IMG/VR virus record: IMGVR_UViG_3300013947_000002
Span: 34,281 to 98,280 of that record
Source: a virus
Direction: 5' to 3' (one strand)
DNA length: 64,000 nt
Shown piece after piece: positions 38,338 to 48,324 of this stretch. How positions within the stretch are numbered: the stretch's first letter is position 1; each line of letters begins with the position of its first letter. The notes under the pieces are model-generated. The model saw nothing but the letters and a program-made list of their open reading frames with translations. It made no database searches and had not been told where the DNA came from. Made by a program: the position numbers and the translations under genes.

Positions 38338-38820
38338 ATGCCTAAGCCACCTACCATTAAATGCCGTCAATGCGGCAAACAGCAGCTCAAATCTGATGCA
38401 ATCCAATTACCTAATAAATTCTGGTTCTGTTGTCAAGATTGCGCCGATAAGTGGTTGGCTGGACGTAAAAAGCAAGACAAGCCAAAAGAGGATTATAGCC
38501 CGCTGCGCAAATTGACCGATTATGTACAGACATATGCACCTGATACCAAATGGGTCAAATTCGTACAGACGGTCAAGAAGATGCAGAGCGATTATGGGTT
38601 GACACCTCAATCTATACAATACTCTTTGTGGTATATGCGCGAACATCTGCGGCTTGGCTTTGATGGGTCTGGTTTACCACTAGTGCCATATTATGCTGAA
38701 GCAGCTAAAAAATACTACAACTGGCGCAAAAAGATGCAACAGGTTGTTGCTGATTGGCAACTTGAGGACAAGAATGTTGAGATTGTTAGGCAAGAGAAAG
38801 AGGAGGATGTGTTTGAATGA
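38338..38820 (+). CDS. Hypothetical zinc-finger protein
   Basis: CRQCGKQQL...CCQDCADKW. Confidence 0.6.
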   Translation: MPKPPTIKCRQCGKQQLKSDAIQLPNKFWFCCQDCADKWLAGRKKQDKPKEDYSPLRKLTDYVQTYAPDTKWVKFVQTVKKMQSDYGLTPQSIQYSLWYMREHLRLGFDGSGLPLVPYYAEAAKKYYNWRKKMQQVVADWQLEDKNVEIVRQEKEEDVFE

Positions 38821-39077
38821 AGCATAAAATGATTGGTTGTTCAGAAGAGTGTTTGAGGCTTGCTTGTTGCGATTTTTGCATCTACGTCATTTATAACACA
38901 ATCTACGATGAAGTAGGTAGTATTGTGGGTATCGAGCCGATTGGTTGTAGTTTACATGATGATGAGCGCCATCAAGATATCGCTGAAAGCTGTGGATATT
39001 GTTCCGATTTCCATTGCTTTAGAGCGGATGAAGATAATATGGTCGTAGAGGAGATTGATGATGATGAACTGGCGTAG
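38817..39077 (+). CDS. Small Cys-rich hypothetical protein
   Basis: Multiple Cys pairs. Confidence 0.5.
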   Translation: MKHKMIGCSEECLRLACCDFCIYVIYNTIYDEVGSIVGIEPIGCSLHDDERHQDIAESCGYCSDFHCFRADEDNMVVEEIDDDELA

Positions 39078-39291
39078 TATGAGAATTAAGCCATCTGCGT
39101 ATGAGTGGGTGCTTGTATCGTTCGCTGGTGAAAACAGAGAAAGGTTGCCAGATACTTGTATTGTTGGGGCGCTCTGGGAAACTGATGAAAGCGATTTAGC
39201 ATGGTATGACGGCAATAGATTTTATACAATTCACGACACAGACTATTGGGCTTATATTGAGTTGCCGATTGAATTTCCGGAGGACTGATTA

Positions 39292-40767
39292 TTGATATAT
39301 GATGCAAATTCAGCACGTCTTTTATTAGGTTGTTTGCTAATCAAGCCCTCGCTTGCCATCTCCGATAAATACCCCCTGTCTAAAGCCGATTTTGAGCCAA
39401 CGCCGTTCCATCTCCGTCTTTGGCAAGCGTGTGTAGCTCTTGCTCGTCGTGGAGCTGAGTCCATATCGAGCCTAGACATCTATATGCTATGTAAGAACAA
39501 TAAGCAAGTAGAGGGTATATTCAAGGCAAATCAACTTGACGATTTTATTGATACGGTCAAGCAACTTGCCAATGTCGGCAACTTTGACGTATATTACGCA
39601 AATGTGCGCCGGTGCACGTTGATTAGAGCGTATAAGGCGGCTGGGTACAATGTAGACAAATTTGAGCAAGATGACCAAGCATCCATTGAAGATATTGTAC
39701 AGTGGTTTGACGCACAACAGATAGCTATTAAAAAGACGTTCTATAAAGATAAGGATATTGACGAACTAAAGGCTGGTGATGGCTTTGAGGCGGTCAAAGA
39801 GGGCTTCAAATCAGAGCCGCTATTTGGCGCTACTACATTCAGCGAATATCTGAACACAGCGGCTAGAGGCTGGATTCCGGGACAGTTGTCAATCTATTCA
39901 GTCGGCTCAGGTATAGGTAAGTCAACTATCGGCTTGGCTAATCTTGTGCAAGTATGCTGTCCTAGAATCTATGATATAGACAAAGAGCAATATGTAGACA
40001 ACCCATGCTATCAACATAAGGCCGGTCTGTATCTCCAATTTGAGATGGCTGGTGATACTGAAGTCACGCCTAAAATCGTGGCTACAATTAGCGGCGTACC
40101 ATGCTTTAGCATTTTGAATGGCCGCTATGAAGAGGGCGAAGAAGAACGGGTAGACGAAGCGATTAAGATTCTGCATGAATCTAATCTGTATATCGTCACT
40201 ATGCCTAATTATACGGTTGACCTGATTGAATCATATGTCAAGGATTATGTGGTAAACCGAGGGGTCGGCTATTTGTGCTACGATTATATAGTCGAGTCAG
40301 CCTCAGTATCGAGCGATATTGCCAAAAAGAACGGTGTGGCTACACGGTCAGATCAGGTCTTATCAGGTATTGCAAGCAAGCTCAAGGATTTAGCCGTTGA
40401 ATATAATATTGCCGTCCTTACATTTACTCAAGTTAATGCCAATGCTATGACGCAAGAAATTATGGATAGTGGTGTTGCGGCTGGTTCTAGGGCGATTCAG
40501 AACAAGGCTGATATTGCTGGTGTTATTATGCCACTGCGCCATAAAGAACAGGACATAGCCGACATGGTGGCTGAAAAATATCCCGATAGAGTCAAGCCGA
40601 ATCGTGTATTATCTGTCTACAAAATGCGGTTCTCATCGGTTGAACAAGGCATCAAGATTTATTTTTATCTCGATTTGAATACAGGTAGAACTAAGGATTG
40701 TTTTATAACAACAAAATTTGACCAGCTATATTCGCTCAGTAAGACAAGGTTGGTGTATGCTAAATAA
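39292..40767 (+). CDS. dnaB: Replicative DNA helicase (DnaB-like)
   Basis: N-domain AxxLLGCLLIKP; GQLSIYSVGSGIGKSTIGL Walker A; C-terminal helicase domain. Confidence 0.85.
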   Translation: MIYDANSARLLLGCLLIKPSLAISDKYPLSKADFEPTPFHLRLWQACVALARRGAESISSLDIYMLCKNNKQVEGIFKANQLDDFIDTVKQLANVGNFDVYYANVRRCTLIRAYKAAGYNVDKFEQDDQASIEDIVQWFDAQQIAIKKTFYKDKDIDELKAGDGFEAVKEGFKSEPLFGATTFSEYLNTAARGWIPGQLSIYSVGSGIGKSTIGLANLVQVCCPRIYDIDKEQYVDNPCYQHKAGLYLQFEMAGDTEVTPKIVATISGVPCFSILNGRYEEGEEERVDEAIKILHESNLYIVTMPNYTVDLIESYVKDYVVNRGVGYLCYDYIVESASVSSDIAKKNGVATRSDQVLSGIASKLKDLAVEYNIAVLTFTQVNANAMTQEIMDSGVAAGSRAIQNKADIAGVIMPLRHKEQDIADMVAEKYPDRVKPNRVLSVYKMRFSSVEQGIKIYFYLDLNTGRTKDCFITTKFDQLYSLSKTRLVYAK

Positions 40768-41039
40768 TGAAAGATATAATTGATGAACTGGTAGATTATA
40801 TTGAAAATTGTACTTATGTTGATGTGTTGCAGACATTGAACAACGAGGAGAATATTCTACGGAAATATGGCAGTGCTTGGTCTGACAAGGTAGATAAAAT
40901 TGTTCGTGACTCCATTACAAATAACCATGATGCTTTATATACAAGCGTACTTAATGAGTGTTGTATTATATTTGGCCTTAGCAAGAAAGAACGTGATGAA
41001 ATTGTGTCGAAGCTAAAGAATGAAGGATACGCTAAATGA
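40767..41039 (+). CDS. Hypothetical protein
   Basis: ORF overlapping upstream stop. Confidence 0.5.
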   Translation: MKDIIDELVDYIENCTYVDVLQTLNNEENILRKYGSAWSDKVDKIVRDSITNNHDALYTSVLNECCIIFGLSKKERDEIVSKLKNEGYAK

Positions 41040-41233
41040 TTGATAGAGTAAAAGAACTATACCTATGTGCTCAAGATATTGCTGCAAATGCTGATAAGTT
41101 ATTAGCAGATGTTCCATATTATCAAGATTGTGATGTTGTTATTGGTTTGCATAATGATGAATCGCCGTTCGTCAAGGTGGTACAGAGATATGTGCCAGAG
41201 GAAATTGTGCTGTGGTATAAGGAGAATAGCTAA
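41036..41233 (+). CDS. Hypothetical protein
   Basis: ATGA overlap. Confidence 0.45.
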   Translation: MIDRVKELYLCAQDIAANADKLLADVPYYQDCDVVIGLHNDESPFVKVVQRYVPEEIVLWYKENS

Positions 41234-41409
41234 TGTTGTGGATTCTTTATTGTGTAGGATTATTCTTGTCATTCTTTGGCATTTTTGTTGGTGGTAATAA
41301 TTATAAACGAACACATAAATATAGCGACTTATTTGTATGTTGCACTGGTTGCGGCTTGTTGGCGTTTACTTTGATGCTTGGAGCTGTGTTGATTTTTGTT
41401 GTATGATTG
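41233..41409 (+). CDS. Small membrane protein
   Basis: MLWILYCVGLFLSFFGIFVGGNNYKRTHKYSDLFVCCTGCGLLAFTLMLGAVLIFVV. Confidence 0.45.
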
Positions 41410-41449
41410 ATATTCCCAATCTCAAATCTTAACCAATCGAGGAATTACT

Positions 41450-41776
41450 ATGATTCATATAAAAGTAAATGAGGAGCGCGAACAGGTGAATGTCCCGTAT
41501 GCGCCTCCTCACTCATATGTTAAAAGCACAGAAACAATCTTGTCGTTCGATACTAAAGATGATTATGACAATTTTGTGGTAGAATCCCATGATAATGCAG
41601 ATGGCTCTAAATATCTAAAGCTCGGTATCAATCTATATAAAGAGCCGGTTCGCTTGTGCCCTGCAATCACACACTATCTCAATGTTCAAACGTCTGATAA
41701 TAAATCAGATGAGGAGCTAATTCTTATTGGTACACAATATATTGAATTTGAAAAGATATATTTGAATCATGATTGA
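41450..41776 (+). CDS. Hypothetical protein
   Basis: 108-aa ORF. Confidence 0.55.
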   Translation: MIHIKVNEEREQVNVPYAPPHSYVKSTETILSFDTKDDYDNFVVESHDNADGSKYLKLGINLYKEPVRLCPAITHYLNVQTSDNKSDEELILIGTQYIEFEKIYLNHD

Positions 41777-42818
41777 TATTGCCTCTCTCAAATCCCAATT
41801 AACCGAAGACCGCATTATTGAGTTGCTTGATGCTCTAGGTGCTCCGTTGATGAAAGCGGATAGTAACAACCTTGTATTCCCGTCTATCTGCCACCAGAGC
41901 GACCCATTAGCCCATTCCGCTAAGCTCTGGCTATACCTCGACTCCATGCAATACAAGTGCTGGAGTTGTGGCTTTTCAGGTGATACCATATCTCTAGTTC
42001 AGCACGTCAAACATCTTGACTTCAATCAAGCGATTACCTATATTTGCTCAACTCTAAATCTGCAAGTCGGTCAAATAGAGCAAAATGAGCAACTTGATAA
42101 TTGGTCTGAATTGCGCCGATTCTTACCAGATGCTGAGCCAGAGCCAGATAAGTTGGTTACATATGACCCAGCCGTCTTATCCCTATTTGACCACTTATAC
42201 CCGCAAGATTGGCTAGATTATGGGATAACGAAAGATATACTTGATAAATTCGGCGTAGGTTGGTATGCACGGCAAGCGTGTATTTCCATACCTGTAGTGT
42301 TTAATGGGCAACTGGTAGGTGTAAGGGGGAGATATACAAAAGAACAGGATGTAGCTAAAGGCAAGTATAGACCGATATGTACGCTTGATGGACAGGTGTT
42401 TAAATTCCCAAGCGGTGCTTGCTTTTATGGCTATGACCAGAATAGAGCAGCTATTGAAAAGTCGCGCCAAGTAGTGTTATTTGAATCAGAAAAAAGTGTG
42501 CTAAAGTCGCCCCAATATGGCATAGATAATGCTCTAGCCGTTTTTGGCTCTAATATTAGTAAGCGACATATTCAGCTATTGCTTGAGTTGGGTGTAAATG
42601 AGGTGGCGCTTGGCTTCGACTCGGATTACCATATAGTGGGCGATGATGAATTTAGATTCTTTGCGACTAAGATGAAGAAGCTGGCGGCTAAGTTGCGTAG
42701 TTATTTTAACGTCTCGATTATATATAACAATCAAGGCTATGATATGTATAAATGCAATATGATGGATATATCATATGAGCAAGCAATGAAGTTATGGGAA
42801 AGTAGGGTGAAAATTTAA
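41769..42818 (+). CDS. dnaG: DnaG-like primase
   Basis: Zinc-binding CHQ...YKCWSCGFSGDTISLVQHVKHLDFNQAI; TOPRIM-like VVLFESEKSVLKSPQYG...VALGFDSDY. Confidence 0.8.
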   Translation: MIDIASLKSQLTEDRIIELLDALGAPLMKADSNNLVFPSICHQSDPLAHSAKLWLYLDSMQYKCWSCGFSGDTISLVQHVKHLDFNQAITYICSTLNLQVGQIEQNEQLDNWSELRRFLPDAEPEPDKLVTYDPAVLSLFDHLYPQDWLDYGITKDILDKFGVGWYARQACISIPVVFNGQLVGVRGRYTKEQDVAKGKYRPICTLDGQVFKFPSGACFYGYDQNRAAIEKSRQVVLFESEKSVLKSPQYGIDNALAVFGSNISKRHIQLLLELGVNEVALGFDSDYHIVGDDEFRFFATKMKKLAAKLRSYFNVSIIYNNQGYDMYKCNMMDISYEQAMKLWESRVKI

Positions 42819-42826
42819 TATAGCTC

Positions 42827-42855
42827 TTGACAATCAACCTCCTTTGTGGTATAAT
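42827..42855 (+). promoter_or_regulatory. Promoter TTGACA-N17-TATAAT upstream of C5-methyltransferase
   Basis: TTGACA 42827-42832, TGTGG TATAAT 42850-42855. Confidence 0.85.
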
Positions 42856-42889
42856 CGCTATATCAACAATAAGGAGGTTGATTTTATTT

Positions 42890-43777
42890 ATGAGAGTATT
42901 ATCGTTATTTGATGGGATTGCCTGTGGACGGTTGGCATTAGAAAGAGCTGGTATTAGAATCGATTCATATGATGCTTGGGAGATTGAAAAGAACGCAATT
43001 AAAGTCGCGGCGACCAATTATCCAGACATTATAGAACACGGCGATGTAACAAAACAGGATTTTACAAAATATAAAGACAAGGTGGATTTGCTTATTGGAG
43101 GTTCGCCTTGTCAAGGATTCAGCTTTTCAGGTAGAATGCTGAATTTTAATGACCCTCGTAGCAAACTCTTTTTTGAATTTGTCAGAGCCATTGAAGAATG
43201 CAAGCCCAAATACTTTTTACTTGAAAACGTTGTGATGAAACAGGAATGGCGAAACATCATTTCATCATATCTTGGAGTTGAGCCAATTGAAATAAATTCA
43301 GCACTTGTATCAGCTCAAAATCGACGCAGATTGTATTGGACTAATATACCGAATGTAAATCAACCAAGAGATAAAAACATCAAACTAATTGACATTCTTG
43401 ATGATAAATCAATGCTTAATCCGGCCGCTATTCGTGGTCGTACAATTGTTGGGTATAATAAGAATACTGTTCAATGTCTTGAGGTTAGGTCTAAATACAC
43501 TGACAAATCAAATTGTTTGACAACCGTTGATAAGGACAATGTATTAACATCATTGTCACATGGTAGATATATTGACGTATTTAACAATACTTATCCGTGG
43601 CGATACTATACCACTGCGGAAATGTGTAGGTTACAAACATTGACAGATGATTATCTTAATATGATACCTGATAGCGCAGCGAGAAAAGCGCTTGGGAATG
43701 GATGGGCAGTGGATGTAATCACACATATCTTCAGTTATTTACCAGATAAATATAAGATTGGAGGGGAGAAAGATTAA
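42890..43777 (+). CDS. dcm: DNA (cytosine-5) methyltransferase
   Basis: MRVLSLFDGIACGRLAL, GGSPCQGFSFSG, ENV, SAQNRRRLYWTNI. Confidence 0.95.
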   Translation: MRVLSLFDGIACGRLALERAGIRIDSYDAWEIEKNAIKVAATNYPDIIEHGDVTKQDFTKYKDKVDLLIGGSPCQGFSFSGRMLNFNDPRSKLFFEFVRAIEECKPKYFLLENVVMKQEWRNIISSYLGVEPIEINSALVSAQNRRRLYWTNIPNVNQPRDKNIKLIDILDDKSMLNPAAIRGRTIVGYNKNTVQCLEVRSKYTDKSNCLTTVDKDNVLTSLSHGRYIDVFNNTYPWRYYTTAEMCRLQTLTDDYLNMIPDSAARKALGNGWAVDVITHIFSYLPDKYKIGGEKD

Positions 43778-44495
43778 AATTCATCCACTACTAGATTCCC
43801 TTAATGAAGCCACATTTTTACGAGCATATTTACGTGTCTGTGGTATAGATGATGTTGATGCTTATCTGCATCCAGATAAGATTGAATATCAAAGCCCAGA
43901 TATGTATAAGAATATGGATGTGGCTGTACTGCTACTTAAACAACATCTTACAAAAATGAGTAGAATCGCAGTTTTGTGCGACGAGGACGACGATGGCCTG
44001 TGTTCATGCGTTATCATTGCAGATATGCTTAAGCGGCTCAATGCTGAATATCGTATCTTCTTCCATACGGTTGCAAAGGCGCACGGTATTAGAGCCGACT
44101 CATCTGATAAGGTGCTGGATGATATTCTTGAATATGCGCCATCTCTACTTATCATCCCAGACGCAAGCGCAGATAGAGAATCATGCCAGACGCTCAGAGA
44201 GCATGACTGTGACGTGCTTATCCTAGACCATCATCTATATGATTTTTCAAATAATCCATACGCAGTTATTGTGAATTGTCTGCAACAGAGCGATACTAAT
44301 CAATCAGCAAGTGGCGCATTGATAGCAAGCAAATTCGCCAATACCGTTCTGGGCAACGATAAAGACGAATATGCCGACCTTGTAGCCATGTCGCTTATTG
44401 GTGATGTTATGGATTTACGCGACCTAGAGAATAGAGCCTATATCAATCAATGGCAAAGAGATTATGAGAAGGCGGTGAGCAAGCCGAATGAATGA
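43758..44495 (+). CDS. recJ: RecJ-like DHH exonuclease, N-terminal half
   Basis: CDEDDDGLCSCVIIADMLKRL, IIPDAS, LILDHHLYD, NCLQQSDTNQSASGALIASKF. Confidence 0.8.
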   Translation: MEGRKIKIHPLLDSLNEATFLRAYLRVCGIDDVDAYLHPDKIEYQSPDMYKNMDVAVLLLKQHLTKMSRIAVLCDEDDDGLCSCVIIADMLKRLNAEYRIFFHTVAKAHGIRADSSDKVLDDILEYAPSLLIIPDASADRESCQTLREHDCDVLILDHHLYDFSNNPYAVIVNCLQQSDTNQSASGALIASKFANTVLGNDKDEYADLVAMSLIGDVMDLRDLENRAYINQWQRDYEKAVSKPNE

Positions 44496-45423
44496 ATTTT
44501 TGACCTATATGGTAGAGAAGTTGGGCAAAGGTAGGCCGCCCTCTCCAACAAACGTGTCTTGGAACGTTGTGCCCAAGATTAACGCCGTTTTCCGAAATGG
44601 TACACAAGATGATAGGGCTGTGCTGATTGACGGCTTTATGGGCAACGTAGAGCCTGAGACGGCTATTAAGGTTGCTACTCGTTGCCATAGTAAACAAACG
44701 CGAGAGGTCAAAGCGCTGTTCGATTCGGCTATTAACAATCTCAACATTTATAAAAATTGCGTCGTAGCAATGATTAATAATAAACACAAAGAATATACTG
44801 GTCTATTGGCTAATAAGCTAATGTCCAAATATAATAAGACTGCATTTGTGTTTAGAAAATTAGACCCATGCACTCTATCAGGTAGTTATCGCTCGCCTGT
44901 TGATATTATTGATTTACTCAATGATAGCGGCTTAATCAAAGCGCAGGGTCACGGTTGTGCCGCTGGTTGCTTCTTGAAGGTGTCAAATGCCAAGCGATTC
45001 GTCAAGTGGTTTGACGAACAACAGATTGATATGGCTGGCGTTGTTGAGGTTGCGGCAAGTATTGAACCAAGTCAAATTACACACGCGCTATGTCAAATTT
45101 GTGTGGACAATGAAGGCTTGTTCGGACAGGGGTGCCCCAAGCCACTATTCCATTGTACTTTAACAACTCCACAGATTTATGTATATCGTAATCGCTCAAC
45201 TACTGTCAAGCTGATTCAGGACGGCATTGAGTTCATTAAATTCTTTGTTAACAATGAAGAAGTAAGTCAGTTTGAGGCGGCACAGGGCAAATCCATAGAG
45301 GTTGTGGTATCTCTTGGATTGAATGAATATAATGGGCAAATTAAGCCGCAAGCAATAATCGAGCGATATGAAATTGTAGATAAGAAAAACGATGAATTTG
45401 ATTGGGAAAGGATTTTTCAATGA
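44488..45423 (+). CDS. RecJ-like DHH exonuclease, C-terminal half (separate overlapping ORF)
   Basis: GSYRSPVDIIDLLNDSGLIKAQGHGCAAGCFL (DHHA1-like GGH region); ATGAATGA overlap with upstream ORF. Confidence 0.7.
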   Translation: MNEFLTYMVEKLGKGRPPSPTNVSWNVVPKINAVFRNGTQDDRAVLIDGFMGNVEPETAIKVATRCHSKQTREVKALFDSAINNLNIYKNCVVAMINNKHKEYTGLLANKLMSKYNKTAFVFRKLDPCTLSGSYRSPVDIIDLLNDSGLIKAQGHGCAAGCFLKVSNAKRFVKWFDEQQIDMAGVVEVAASIEPSQITHALCQICVDNEGLFGQGCPKPLFHCTLTTPQIYVYRNRSTTVKLIQDGIEFIKFFVNNEEVSQFEAAQGKSIEVVVSLGLNEYNGQIKPQAIIERYEIVDKKNDEFDWERIFQ

Positions 45424-46493
45424 TTTACCTAGAATATGCAGCAACTAATTCATTCACCAAGTATCCGTCTAGCAGGTACGGCCCGTTCTTGAACCCTAAT
45501 GCCAATTATGCTTACAGAGAGCAGAAGTTGCTTGATGAATGCAGAGATAGGGTAAAGGCGACTATTGGTGCAAAGAGTGGCAAAGTTATATTTGGTGGTA
45601 CAAGTAGCCAGTTGATTGAAAATTTGATGAATCGTGCCAAGCGGAACACGGTAATCTGTTCAAAATACGAGCATGACAGTTTTTGGAGATACGGCTTTGA
45701 TTCTATTGGAAATATCGATGAGTTACCAAATATTATTTCTGATACACCAGAAAGCTACGGAAAAATGCTTGTCATGTGGCAGGGTGTGAATAATATCACA
45801 GGTCAGATTTTTCCCATTGAGCAAATCGGCAATATGTGCCACAGCTATAATGCGTTCTTCATCTGCGACATGACGGCCATGATTGGAAAGGTGGCGATTC
45901 CTGACAATATTGACCAGTGGTGCGATATTGCTGTGTGGAGCGGCCATAAGCTAGCCACCGAGGGCGGCATTGGTTGTATGTGGCTATCTGACAGGTTTAA
46001 TGAATGGCTGGGCGGCTTCAAGCTACGTGGTACGCCTAATCTGGCTGGGGCTTGTGCTATTGCAGATGCTACAGAGGATGCTTGTCAGAACGTAGATGCA
46101 CATGAAGAATATTGCTATGAGCTATATCGCTATTTGCTTGCCGAGCTATCAGCTAATGGTATTTATGGCGGCGTTGTCAACTCAGCTATGAAACCAGACA
46201 AATCCGATGCTACAGAAAGAGCGCCTAGTACGTATGCTATCAATGCTATCATGCTTGACAATATCAATGCCGATAGTCTACAACAGTATCTAGCGTCGCA
46301 GTCTATTTATATTGGGATTGGTGGCTCTGCCTGTTCGAGCCTACATGATTTTAGAGTGCTTAATGCTTGCGGCTTGACAAATAATGAGGCAAGCAGAGTT
46401 ATTAGAGTATCGTTTGATTATGATACGGATAAGCAAGATATTGACGATTTGGTGTATAATATTAAACAATATAAGGAGAAGTTTGTAGGATGA
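45420..46493 (+). CDS. Cysteine desulfurase-like class V aminotransferase (IscS/DndA/SspA-type)
   Basis: MIYLEYAATNS, CDMTAMIGKVAI, WSGHKLATEGGIGCMWL, IGIGGSACSSLH Cys loop. Confidence 0.8.
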   Translation: MIYLEYAATNSFTKYPSSRYGPFLNPNANYAYREQKLLDECRDRVKATIGAKSGKVIFGGTSSQLIENLMNRAKRNTVICSKYEHDSFWRYGFDSIGNIDELPNIISDTPESYGKMLVMWQGVNNITGQIFPIEQIGNMCHSYNAFFICDMTAMIGKVAIPDNIDQWCDIAVWSGHKLATEGGIGCMWLSDRFNEWLGGFKLRGTPNLAGACAIADATEDACQNVDAHEEYCYELYRYLLAELSANGIYGGVVNSAMKPDKSDATERAPSTYAINAIMLDNINADSLQQYLASQSIYIGIGGSACSSLHDFRVLNACGLTNNEASRVIRVSFDYDTDKQDIDDLVYNIKQYKEKFVG

Positions 46494-47554
46494 ACCATAC
46501 AAAGGAAGATTTGAAAGAGCTACAATCTAAATCTCTTGAAGAAAAAGTACAGATTAGCTTGGCCCGTATTATTGAATGGCATGAACATTGGGATGGTAAG
46601 GTGTATATCTCTAATTCTGGCGGCGTTGACTCTACTGTCCTCAGTCACCTAGTCCATTCCATATATCCCGATGTACCAGATGTGTATTGTGATACTGGGC
46701 TTGAATATCCTGAATTACGCGATTTTATTATGAGTAAGCCAAATGTGGTTGTTCTAAAGCCTAAAATGAATTTTGTTGAAGTAATTAAAAAGTATGGTTA
46801 TCCAATTATTTCAAAAGAGGTTGCATCTGTTATATCTCAAGCACGAAAAGGCAATAATTGGGGGTTGCATAAAATAAATGGGAAGAAAACAAATGGGCAA
46901 GACGATGCCTATGGAAAAGCTATGATGAAGTGGAAGTTTCTACTTGATGCCGATTTTAATGTTGATAATTATTGTTGTAAGGAAATGAAGAAAAAACTTG
47001 CGTATAAATATGAGAAAGAAAGTGGGTTAAAAGCGTTTGTCGGTACGATGACAGATGAGTCATTATTAAGAAAAACGGAATGGCTAAAACATGGCTGCAA
47101 TGCCTTTGATGGTAATCGTCCAATTTCGACTCCGCTATCATTTTGGACTAAATCCGACGTACTGCATTATATTGTCAAATATAACATCCCATATGTCAAA
47201 GAAATCTATGGTGACATCATAGAAAAAGATGGTGTATATACCACAACCAAACAAAAGCGCACAGGTTGCATTTTCTGTGGCTTTGGTTGCCATCTTGAAA
47301 AAGAGCCAAACAAATTCCAAATATTAGCTAATATCAATCCTCATCTCTACGACTACTGTATGCGTGGCGGCAAATACAACGAATCTGGCATGTGGATTCC
47401 TGACAAGGGACTTGGTATGGCTAAAGTGTTAGATTATATCAATGTCAAATGGTGGAACGATGGCGATGAAGCCAAGCGAGACGACTATAGAGCAAAATAT
47501 AAGGAGAAAGAAAAAATTGAGCAGAGCAGAACGCAACCGCCGCAAGAAGATTGA
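46490..47554 (+). CDS. PAPS reductase/ATP-pyrophosphatase family protein (DndC/CysH-like)
   Basis: VYISNSGGVDSTVLSHLV PP-loop, CDTGLEYPE, GTMTDES, TGCIFCGFGCH; ATGA overlap with the cysteine desulfurase-like gene. Confidence 0.85.
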   Translation: MNHTKEDLKELQSKSLEEKVQISLARIIEWHEHWDGKVYISNSGGVDSTVLSHLVHSIYPDVPDVYCDTGLEYPELRDFIMSKPNVVVLKPKMNFVEVIKKYGYPIISKEVASVISQARKGNNWGLHKINGKKTNGQDDAYGKAMMKWKFLLDADFNVDNYCCKEMKKKLAYKYEKESGLKAFVGTMTDESLLRKTEWLKHGCNAFDGNRPISTPLSFWTKSDVLHYIVKYNIPYVKEIYGDIIEKDGVYTTTKQKRTGCIFCGFGCHLEKEPNKFQILANINPHLYDYCMRGGKYNESGMWIPDKGLGMAKVLDYINVKWWNDGDEAKRDDYRAKYKEKEKIEQSRTQPPQED

Positions 47555-47699
47555 GCGACCACTAAAATATGCGCCTATTCATTGTCCGGATTGCGGACTA
47601 GTCGTAGATGAAAAATATATTGTTGATATTAACTCGACTTGTCCTATTTGTGGTAAAGAGCTATTTGGCGCACTAAAAGAAATGATGAAAAATAATTAA
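47466..47699 (+). CDS. Small zinc-ribbon protein
   Basis: HCPDCGLVVDEKY...CPICGKELFG. Confidence 0.5.
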   Translation: MKPSETTIEQNIRRKKKLSRAERNRRKKIERPLKYAPIHCPDCGLVVDEKYIVDINSTCPICGKELFGALKEMMKNN

Positions 47700-47769
47700 A
47701 TAACCTATTGACAACCTCCTGTTCATGTGATATGCTTATGGTACAAATTGAACAGGAGGTTGTTTAATT

Positions 47770-48018
47770 ATGAAATTTTATATCCATCGCACATTGAATT
47801 GTGAAACCGCAGATCAACTTAGACGTATTTACCCGATCCTCAGCTATTATGTTATGCACGATGAAAAGATTGGTTGGCTTGGAAACATGGGTGCTTGTAT
47901 TGAAATCAATTCTTTTAAGAAGCTGATTGAATTGAACAAGACAACAAACCACCCCATTATCATTGATGTAAACGATGAAATTCCGACCATTGAAATCTAT
48001 GACGATTGGAGGGAGTAA
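47770..48018 (+). CDS. Hypothetical protein
   Basis: ORF with RBS GGAGG. Confidence 0.55.
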   Translation: MKFYIHRTLNCETADQLRRIYPILSYYVMHDEKIGWLGNMGACIEINSFKKLIELNKTTNHPIIIDVNDEIPTIEIYDDWRE

Positions 48019-48022
48019 TTAA

Positions 48023-48286
48023 ATGCAAGATATACTTACCTACACAGCATGGCTCGATGTGGCATGCGACATCTGTAATAGCTTGTTGAAAGCAACTGTA
48101 ACTATTGTAGATAATGAATTTAAGGTTGTGGCGAGTAAATATAGATGGGTTACATTTATCAGTACAGAGCGAATCCACTATGTATATAATAAAGGATGGG
48201 AACCAGCTTGGGGTGCAACCGAACTCATGAAGATGATTATTGACGATTGGGATATGTTGCTGGTTGATGCAGTACATGGGCGGTAA
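48023..48286 (+). CDS. Hypothetical protein
   Basis: 87-aa ORF; 3' end overlaps the out-of-frame partial dam motif. Confidence 0.5.
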   Translation: MQDILTYTAWLDVACDICNSLLKATVTIVDNEFKVVASKYRWVTFISTERIHYVYNKGWEPAWGATELMKMIIDDWDMLLVDAVHGR

Positions 48287-48324
48287 GAGCCGCATTTCTA
48301 AACAAATTTCGGAGGTATTGAATA

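Noticed and set aside
35709-39288. Antisense ORFs in the six-frame track (e.g. 35361-35624, 37071-37328, 39086-39316)
   Set aside because: They lie opposite strongly supported plus-strand genes and lack recognizable motifs or RBS; typical shadow ORFs.
45420-47554. Complete Dnd or Ssp phosphorothioation system
   Set aside because: Only desulfurase-like and DndC/CysH-like components are visible; no DndB/D/E or SspB/C/E homologs recognized, so only a partial or novel pathway is proposed.
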